DNA of 63,340 nt, the filler included, from Octopus bimaculoides (taxonomy: Eukaryota): NCBI RefSeq assembly GCF_001194135.2. It is 3 parts of 3 records of this genome, joined end to end, with 100 filler letters (N's around TTAATTAATTAA, not from the genome) between each part and the next. Parts side by side here need not be neighbours in the genome. Positions count along the whole stretch, not along the records: positions 29,746 to 61,417 come from NC_068997.1; positions 61,518 to 63,340 come from NC_068991.1; 1 more part is not named here. One strand, written 5' to 3'. The position numbers and the translations under genes are program-made. Position 1 is the stretch's first letter; every line of letters starts with the position of its first letter. Shown in pieces: positions 53,771 through 63,340 of the stretch. Below the pieces are notes generated by a model. That model saw only the letters and a list, made by a program, of their open reading frames with translations. It searched no databases and was not told the origin of the DNA.

Positions 53771-53800
53771 CATAGTACTTAAAACAGATCTGAGTAATTG
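53771..53800 (-). CDS. Candidate 30-nt microexon: (x)ITQICFKYY(G)
   Basis: Long pyrimidine tract ending cctgcattttcag|, donor ATG|gtgagt; symmetric phase 1-1 fits exon 44487-44589; the phase-0 frame QLLRSVLSTM is also open. Confidence 0.35.
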
Positions 53801-56800
53801 CTGAAAATGCAGGAGGAAGCGAGTGGGGTGGCGGCGGTGGGGGAGAAGAGGGGAGGAGGAGGAGGAGAAAGAACAAAAGGAAGCAAAAAATAGTATGGGA
53901 GTAATTGCAATGCTATCTATAAAAATGTATGAAGTGCCGCTCTAAATATGTCTATTGTTGAATAATAAAATGAGAACTTTCCTCTGTTATCATTTGTAGT
54001 ATACAAAACATGCAGTGTATAAACCCATTGCTTAGACGTTAAGGTCAGAAGGTGAACAGAATGGGTGGTGTATTCGGATCACAAAAAAAAAAAAAATACT
54101 GTTCTTAGTCCCACTTGGCAATTTTACCATTGCTTATATGTTTAGCATGAAGTGTAACTATTATTCAAGCAATAGACTAAAGCAACCCCGCATTCCAATT
54201 CCATTGTCTTCCTCTCCTCTTTCAGTTCCATTGTCCTTCTTCTTCTGGTGGTTATCTTTAAGACTTGATCATTTGTTATTGTCTTACAGTTGTGGCTTTC
54301 TAACAAATTTTCTACTTTTGTACATTGATATTTTTTGCATATAATGCAAGACAATTTTTCTGTAATTTCTGTAATTTCAAGGGGTGATTTGAGGTAAATA
54401 GGCGCTGTGAAGTGAAATGTGAAACACTAAGTCAACCTGATTTGACTTCTTTGAAGAAGACAGAAACTATTTGCTATACTGTATTTAGTCCCACTGTGTA
54501 TTCTCATCATCTCTACAATCCTATATTTTGCTATTACATGAATATCACAATAACACAATGAAATAAGAGTCTGACGAGCGACTGTTGATATTAATTGCAT
54601 TGTTGGATTTTAGATTTCTAGGCTTTTAACCTCATCTTGAATTTTTTCATGTAATGCTTCCATACTTACATATCCCAAAGCTTAGTTTGGACACAAAAGC
54701 ATTATTTCCAAAAAGTTTTAACATTTTCTAACCTTAATATTACACTTCCTTGGAGTTAAAGCAATGAGCTGGCAGAATGATTAGCATACTGGACAAAGTG
54801 CTAAGTGGCTTTCATCTGTCTTTATGTTCAGAATACAAATTCCACCAAGGTCAATTTCGCTTTTCATCTTTTCAGGCTTTTGATAAAATAAGTACCAGTT
54901 GTGTACTGGGGGTCAATGTAATCCATTTACCTTCTCTGAAAATTGCTGGTCTTTTGCCAAAATTTGGAACCAATTTTATGCTTCCTAGAATGGTTATTTC
55001 TTTTCCCTCTTTATATGGCAACATTCCACAACTGCATGGGATGTTATAAATGTTGTTCTTTAATTAATCCCAGTCTGGGCTACAGTTTTACTCTGGGGAA
55101 ATAAATATTAGCTTGTTGCTGCTCTTTTGCTCTCATTGCTGCTGGTGTAAGTTGTTGCTGCCCCACATACGTTGTGACATTCACTTGCTAATCCCAGGAG
55201 AAGCAAACCACACCCTCCTTTACCATTCTCACAAATCTCAGCTCATAACAAATAGATGAGCCGTGTAATACAAATATCTATATATGTCAGTGATGTTGAG
55301 AAAGAATTACAATATTTAATGCTAAAATTCTTTGAATAAAAAAAAAAAATCCTTAGATGTCTGTCATACGACTAACCTTGTCTTCATGGAATGATTTCAC
55401 ACTGTGTGCTCCATTGTAATCTACTGAAACAGTCGTAAGCTTTAGAATGCTCCTCCTATCGCCCATAAAAATGAACTGTGTCACTCTGTAGTAGATATTT
55501 GCAGCTAGAGGGACTTGAACCAGCTTACGTAAGTACCCTTTGTAAAGATTCCATGCAATAATACAAGGTGTTGGTCCTTTTAGGAGTTCAGATGATTAGT
55601 AGATGGCCACCTCAGGTTTATTGAGATTCCTTTGGTACATGACTGACGGTTCTTTCGAAGACCTACAGGCAAAGAAGAGTGAAAGCATAAACCTTTCAGT
55701 CCACTGCCTCAACACAAGCAAAATATGAAAATATATTTTCTATAATTATAAATTTTTACGGAGATAAATTTTTGAAAAAGTAAATGATAGAATCATTTGG
55801 ATTATTTCTTGTGTAGTATTGTTATTTAGTTTATCAGCTGTCAATTTTGGTTAAAGGGGAGTAATGAATGGAGGTGTGGACTGTGCCACGCTGCAGTTTT
55901 TATTCAGATTTACCTAAATAAAAACTAGTGTAGGCCATGAGGCCTCTTTAGTCATGACGCAGATAGTCTCTCTGCCACTGGTGACCTGATGGAATATCGT
56001 AACATTTTTGGTAGTGGGAAGCACTTCAGGCCATTAAAAGACTATGCCACCCTCACTCCTGTGTTTCTAGTTAGGATGGTCTGCAACATGTGGCAAGGCA
56101 CTTTGAGACCCATCCAACTCCTGTCACCATAGAAACACATGGAAAAGAATGAAATGTGAAATGAACCTTTGTAAGATTTTCATTCTTGTCCATTGTGTAA
56201 AAGCAGGTGTGTGACTTATAGGTGTCACCTTCAGCTTCACAAGAAATCATTTCAGTCTTGACCCTTTGTCAGCAATTAGGGAATACTTTGTCAACCAATC
56301 TCTGTCCACTTCTGACTTGGAATTTTGTTCTTCAAAATACCAAAAACTCAAATGATGTGAAGAAGTCTCAATTTTTATAGAATTGAATGTAAATCCTTCA
56401 TATTTCCATCCTCAAAACATTATTTCATTATTTCTAAATCTAAAAAATGTTGTTTTTTCTCCCACGTGCAGTTCTGAGCAGTGCTCCCTCTGACATCAAA
56501 TTGACATTGGATAATGGAGTAGTGCTTGAGCACATATAACAAACTTTCCTTCCCTTCTTTTCATTTTGCCATGACTACTACTGCTACTACTCTACAACAT
56601 GGAAATGTTTCTGTTAGAGATTAGGTGACAGCATGGTTATACATGCATATAATAAATGCTTCATCATCATCATCAGTGGAATCCCCATTCATTCTCACAA
56701 TAAATGAAATTAAATACCCTTCCATTATCATTTCCTCTGCAATCTTTGGAAAAATATTTACAACTTTTACAAACTTATTTTACAACAAATCAAGTTTCAG

Positions 56801-58964
56801 TGTTGGCCCAACCCCTTCTGTAGGTGACGATTTTTCACTGACATTTTAATGACATGAAAACAGAAAATGAAAGAGAGATAAATGATGGTGGTGGTGGTGG
56901 TGGGGGTGACGGCTCTTGACATGAAGTTAATGTAGGTTTTCAAATGTAACCTCCTTTTCAATCTTCTGATTTTCCATGCTTTTATAAAATACTTTGCAGA
57001 ATGGAAGAGGGATTTTGATTTTCTCCACTGAAGCTGGACGCATGAATACACATTAGATGCTTCAAACAATGATTGTAAAGTAGGAAGTGCCTTTGGTCAA
57101 ATCCAAAGAAATTTACTGGAATCCAACATGTTTTCATGAGATATTTCCATGCCAACCAGCAAGAATAAAATTTTTGTGAGAACAATGAAGTGAATAGGAT
57201 TATGAATCTCTCTTACTCTCATTTTGTGTGTGTGTGTGTGTATCTATATATATGGAAGGATATGCATATGTAAGTATGTGTGTGTGTGAACCAAAAATGC
57301 ATTTGGTATTGTATGCAGAGTATGTCACCTATTGAACAAGCATCCAGAGGTAGTTGTGGTATCAGGCTATAAACATTGATTATAACATTAGGTTTCAGGT
57401 GGAAATAAAAGATCAGCTATCAGTTACCCTGGAAGCCAACGAGCAATGTGAGATTACACAGATTATTGTTCCAATTCGATAAAATTGTGTAATTTGTATT
57501 TATTTGTTTGTCTCTTTGTTTACTTAACCTTTAAAAATTTTTTTTCTTTTCTACTGTGTTTAGATTGCATAACTGAGGCCCATTTATAGGTTGGTATGCA
57601 TGTGTATTCACATTTATATATATATATATATATATNNNNNNNNNNNNNNNNNNNNNNNNNNNNNNNNNNNNNNNNNNNNNNNNNNNNNNNNNNNNNTATA
57701 TACATACATACATACATACATACATACATCTGCATCTGTGTATATGCGTGTGTTTATATGTAGATGAGTCTATGTATAAATTTACTTATATTCGAATTCT
57801 GTTGCTATGCTGGAATCAGATACAGAACCACATACAAATATAAACTGTACATTAAAATGTATATTGAGTACTTTATTGAATATTGGTTGTCTTATTTTTG
57901 GATTAAGATTACGTATGTGTATATATGTATACTCATGCACACACACGCACACATGGTGATCTCACTATGCTGGTGCTATGTAAAAAAACATCCAGTACAC
58001 TATGTTTAGTGTAGGGTGTCCACTGTTTTTGTGCCAGCATGGAACAGAGGATGTTAAATGTTGATGATAATGTGGGTGCAGGTGTGGTTGTGTGGTAGAA
58101 ATTTGCCACCCAACCTCATGGTTCCCAGTTCAGTCCTATTGCATGGCACCTTGGGTAAATGTCTTCCCTGGCCCCAGGCTATAGTAGATTTGGATGGAAA
58201 CTGAAAAAAGCCTGTTGTATTTATATACGTGTGTGTGCATATTTGTGTATATAAATTTATATTTATATATGTGTATGTATGTATTTTAATATATATTCAT
58301 GTATGCATATGTCTATAGGTGTGTGTGTGTTATCATCGTTGTCATCTTTTTATGTCTGCTCTATGTGTGGGCATGAGTTAGGTGGATGGGTTACCATAGT
58401 CAATCAGAATGTATCTGGAGGTTGCTGTGCGCTTAGACAGTTGAGAGACATCTCATTTGCCTTGCATTCTTGGCATGGTTCCTATGACTGGATGCCCTTT
58501 CTAACACCTTTTTACAAAATTGATTGGGTTCTACTTTGTATGTCACCAGCAAGTCTAAAGAGTTGTCTCAGCATCATACATTGAAGGGCACACTGAAGTG
58601 GTAGCCGTGACCCGGACACAAGTAAAGGGACTTCAAACCCCCATGTCTCTCCTGGGTCACATGGGCAGAAGTTATGTTAGCCAGGAGATAATGATGACAG
58701 AAGCTCAGGATGAATGCATAATGTGTCATTGTTGGACCTAAGGCCCAATGAGGAGCCCTCCACAGGAGCTAGCTTAAAAGCCGCTTAATAGGGTGGCTTT
58801 TAAGCTAGTATATATATATATATATATATATNNNNNNNNNNNNNNNNNNNNNNNNNNNNNNNNNNNNNNNNNNNNNNNNNNNNNNNNNNNNNNNNNNNNN
58901 NNNNNNNNNNNNNNNNNNNNNNNNNNNNNNNNNNNNNNNNNNNNNNNNNNNNNNNNNNNNTATA

Positions 58965-59789
58965 TATATGGTCTGATCAATAGGTATCTGAACTGTTGCC
59001 ATAGTAGCGACACTAAAGCATGCAAAGAGAAGCCACTTGTCAACGATTGACCTTGAACTCTGCTGTGCATGCGCACTAAGTTTTAACGTTCTAGCTTACT
59101 TTTGCTGTTTACAACAGTGCTTGGAAGGAATGTGTGTAGTGTGTGATCATTGCATTGACCATGACAGAGAAAGTTTGTCATGGCGATACCTGCTCAGAGG
59201 CCTGTGCAAAATTGCAGAAAGTGTATGGAAAAGAGTGTATGAGCTGCATACAAGTGTATGAGTGGTTCAGATGTTTCCAAGATGGTTGAAAAAATGTCGA
59301 TATTGACGAACATTGGGAAATCGTTGAATCACCATCCGTGAGTTATCAGAGGATGTGCAGATTAGTTATGCTTCATTTCTACCCCTTGGGCATGAGATGC
59401 ATGTCTGCCAAGTTTGTACCAAAACTGCTTTCAGCTGACCAAAAAGACCCTTGGGTTTCAGTTGCACAAGATCTCTTCGATTGTGTTGAGAACAACGAAA
59501 ACTTTTTGGAAACTCTGTGTAGAACTCTGAACAGATATTGCCAAGCTTTTGGCAAAATTTGATGAAGATTCACTTCTCAGCTTTCTTTGTCATGGTCAAT
59601 GCTAAGATCACATGCTACACACCTTCCTTCCAAGCACTGCTATAAACAGCGGAAGTGAGCTAGAATGTTAAAACTTAGTACACATGCATGGCAGAGATCA
59701 AGGCCAGTATGTAGCAAGTGGCTTCACTCTGCCTGCTTTAGCTTTGTTACGACGGCAACAGTCTGGATACTTATTGATCAGACCACATA
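58965..59789 (+). mobile_element. Internally deleted mariner element with ~170-bp TIRs
   Basis: 58965-59130 is the reverse complement of 59620-59789; internal remnants ACAKLQKVYGKECMSCIQVYEWF and LGMRCMSAKFVPKLLSADQK are mariner N-terminal motifs; TA context. Confidence 0.9.
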
Positions 59790-60019
59790 TATTCACATAT
59801 ATACACATACATACAACAAGCTTCTTTCAGTTTCTCTCTACCAAATCCACTCACAAGGATTTGGTCAGTCCAAGGCTATAGTAGAAGACACTTGACTAAT
59901 GTGCCATGCAGTGGGACTGAACCTGGAATCATGTGGTTGGGAAGCAAGCTTCCTACCACACGGCCACACCTGCATCATTTTATGTTTTAGTTTTTGCCTC
60001 TACTTATTTGTTCAGTTGT

Positions 60020-60240
60020 CCATGCACACAAGTGTTGCCCATCCTTCAAAGCAGGCTCACTTCATTTCTTTCTCACCTTCTCAAATCCTTTGCATTCAAG
60101 ACCCATGCCTCCCTACAATGTACCATCACATTTGGCTCAGTCGCTTCGTACAATCTGCCCATTATTCTGAGGGAGAACCCCTTTGTTACCAGCAGAAGCT
60201 ATCTCTTGTTGCACGAGTTGTGATAAGGTAAGAGTGTTTG
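60020..60240 (-). mobile_element. RTE-clade LINE fragment (C-terminal to RT)
   Basis: Minus translation KGFSLRIMGRLYEA...VMVHCREAWVLNAKDLRR*ERNEVSLL resembles the RTE region GRLY.ACVR..MLHGSETW.....DLRRLERNE.SML. Confidence 0.75.
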
Positions 60241-61169
60241 TAAAGATACCCTGGGGAGCTAGGTGTTTCTGCAGTACCTCTCAGAGGAAAATATTGCAAC
60301 ATCTTTGAGAAGTTGCATGAAAATTGTCAGATTTGGTGGTGGAATGGGTATACCATTCCATAACTTGCTCAAGAAAACGTTCTCAGATTCTGTCTTGCTT
60401 TTAAATATTCATCACCATCATCATTACCATTTAATGTCTGCCTTCCATACTGGCAACAATAAATTAAAAACAATATTTAAATAAAACAATAAATTAAAAA
60501 ATTTTTTAAACAATACTATCACATTTACTAATGACTAGTCTACTTGGATTCACATGAGCCGTATTCCTGGCAAATCTATTCTGTTAATTGTTCACCAGTC
60601 TTTATTTAACTATGGTTAAGCTATGTCTAGATGTGTGAAACATCTTTTTTCTATAACACCACTACTATATATAATTTCTGATAATTTAGTTTTGATTGTT
60701 GTTTTATGACTGGGAAAGCATTTTTCAGCAATGTTTTTATACAAATACAAAAGTAACCAATGTTTGTTTTGTGGAGAGGTGCATGGTTTATTAATTGTCA
60801 GCACGCAAGTGCAGCAAGCTGTTTTAAATGGTGTTACTTAACTGTTTACGATGTGCCAAAAAAAGTGAAGAATGTCTCAATGTCTGCCCTGTATCCTGAG
60901 AATTACAGAAATATTCCACTGATACATTTTGTTTCCCAACTTTAAAAACACTACAAAAGCAAAAGTATAAATTTACTTTAGAATTAAAAAATAGATTCCT
61001 GTATTTTCAAAATAGCAAAGAAAATCAAGGTGAATATTTGAGGTTTATAAGAACCTGATATATTTGTCACTGTAAAAAAATTATTTTGTTCTTCGCAGTC
61101 AAATTCATGACTGAGATAAAAGCAAAAAACGACAGATTGATAAGAAAGTTCATCACTATGCCATATGCC

Positions 61170-61243
61170 CATGGGCATATGGCGTAGTGGTTAAGAGTGC
61201 GGGCTACTAACTCCAAGATTCTGAGTTTGATTCCAGGCAATGA

Positions 61244-61278
<35 letters not shown>

Positions 61279-61417
61279 TTAATAATAATCATCATCATCA
61301 TCATCATCATCGTTTAACGTCCGCTTTCCATGCTAGCATGGGTTGGACGACTTGACTGAGGACTGGTGAAACCGGATGGCAACACCAGGCTCCAATCTAA
61401 ATTTGGCAGAGTTTCTA
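61170..61417. mobile_element. Truncated tRNA-derived SINE head (+), (AAT)n(CAT)n tract and a young family D copy (-)
   Basis: GGCGTAGTGGTTAAGAG...GTTTGATTCC head near 61180-61235; 61311-61417 matches 30259-30364. Confidence 0.75.
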
Positions 61418-62599
61418 NNNNNNNNNNNNNNNNNNNNNNNNNNNNNNNNNNNNNNNNNNNNTTAATTAATTAANNNNNNNNNNNNNNNNNNNNNNNNNNN
61501 NNNNNNNNNNNNNNNNNCACACACACGCACACACATATATACATATACATACATATATATACATATAAATACATACATAATATAAATAAAATATATATAT
61601 ATGCATATATACATATATGTATATATATGCATATATGAGTATAGGACGTTACAAAACGTAAACACCATGAAAGACGAAGGTGAACTTGGGTATGCGATTC
61701 TCTACATTCTGTGTTCAAATCCTACCTGCTTGAAGAAGACAACGGAAAACTACTCCAATATTATTTCCAAGTTTAGTCATGGTTGCCGAGGTTCCAGTAA
61801 TCTACTTAACGATGGTAGAGGGGAAATGGGGCCTCCCAGATTGCATAGATAGTACTGGAGAAGGTCCACATTCGCAGGACTTTCCAAAGGGCAGACCACC
61901 TTGTGTGTGTGTGTGTGTGTGTGCGTGTGTGTTTGTGTGTGTGTATTTGTGTGTGTCTTAGTGTTTGTTTTTTCCCCACCCCTTAACAATCGGTGTTGGT
62001 TTGTTTGCGTAACTTAGCGATTCAGCATTAGAGATACCAATAGAATTGGTATCAAACTTTAAAAAAAAGAAAACAAGAGTTCCGGAGTCGATTTATTCGA
62101 CAAAACCCCCTCAAATCGGTGCGCCAGCATAGCCGCAGTTCAAAGGCTGAAACCAGTAAAAGAGAAAAAAAGTGTTTTGTTCAACTGTGTGAACGGTATT
62201 TGATGGTTCCATCGTACTGAAACGAAAGAAATTCAGAAAGAAACTAAACTATATTTTACTTGTTGCGGTCATTGGACTGCAGCAATGCTGGGGCCATTCT
62301 GTGGCACCACCTCGAAGAGTTTGATCGAGCCAATCAGTATTCATTCTTTTGAAGTCTGGTACTTATTCCAATAGAATCTTTTGCTGAACCACTAAGTTAC
62401 GTGTGTGAGTGCGTATTTGTGCGTTTTTCTGTTTGCTTCCCCACCACCACCACTCGTCAATAGGCGTTGGTTTGTTTACATTCGGCAATACCAGCTTTTA
62501 AAAAAAGGTGCGAGTGTTGAATTGTTCGACTAAACCCGTCAAGGCGGTGTCTCAGCATGGCCGAAGTCCAATGACTAAAACAAATAAGATAATAAAAAG

Positions 62600-63340
62600 A
62601 AGAAAGAAAAAACTCGAGACTACGAAGGAGCCTCGGTGAGGCAATTCAGCCAACCACAAATAGCAACCGAACTTCGATCAACCACAACTACGATTTTACA
62701 AGAATACATTGGAAAAAGTGGTTCGGAGCGCAGATTTCTGCACGAATATAACGTGTTGGTTATGGCTAGAACGGCTATCTTAAGGCCACTCTTGGTGTAA
62801 ACAACAACAAAATCAACATAATTATCGGTAATGACCTTAATCTGCTAAACCTGTTTTCGACAGGTTTCATTGTATATTTAGTAGCTGCTTTTGCCGAACG
62901 AGTTGTTCGTTGTTATTGCTGGTGTTGCTACTGTTGTATATATATATATATAACTGTATATTTGTGTGTGTGTGTGTGTATTTAAAAATACTACTATGAT
63001 CTGGTTGATAATAACTTTGAAGCACAGCAGTAGTAGTAATGGCTTCTTGGAGCTAATTCACGGCAGCTTTCGTCCTAATTTTGGGACTGCCATGTTGGCT
63101 TGGCGATAACTATTAATTTCCAGTACCGCTGCCGTAGTCTCCTTTAGAGAGACTTAGAAATATTAATAACTCTATTTCTGAAAACCAGTGGATAGATTCC
63201 ACTGAAATTAGATAAATAACCTTCGAGCAGATAGTCAGCAGCGCCGCCTGGCTAAGGCTTGGCTACTCTGCATTGACAAGGGGCAACACCCTGAAACTAG
63301 TCTAGTCTGCAGATGCCAAACCAGCAGGGGGACACTGCTG
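62600..63340. promoter_or_regulatory. Unique CpG-retaining region, possible promoter/first exon of the minus-strand gene
   Basis: Non-repeat-like, CpGs retained, just beyond the CpG-depleted zone; minus-strand GCCAACATGG Kozak-like ATG at 63093. Confidence 0.2.

Noticed and set aside
63321-63335. CCAGCAGGGGGACAC resembling a CTCF motif
   Set aside because: 3' half departs from the GGCGC core; a single motif at the window edge is not supportable.

Overview
Eukaryotic, AT-rich, microsatellite- and transposon-saturated draft-assembly DNA with many N gaps. The SINE/LINE/MITE repertoire and repeat style suggest an octopod cephalopod genome (probably Octopus; inference, not a database match). None of the supplied ORFs is an intact cellular gene: they are microsatellite or N read-throughs, SINE read-throughs, or decayed transposon fragments (Tx1/L1-like, RTE, CR1/Jockey-like, mariner). 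Reading splice signals on the minus strand gives three short phase-compatible exons (53771-53800, 44487-44589, 29955-30099) that join into an unrecognised protein C-terminus followed by AATAAA signals. The span of this putative gene (~30-61 kb) coincides with a zone where repeat copies have lost their CpGs, whereas copies outside it keep them, as expected for gene-body methylation. Other items worth checking: two adjacent intronic hairpins resembling pre-miRNAs (46551-46695), a ~320-bp fold-back element nested in a SINE (50027-50345), and a Penelope-type inverted repeat with a hammerhead-like core (10289-10479). No rRNA, intact tRNA, CRISPR or prokaryotic features were seen.
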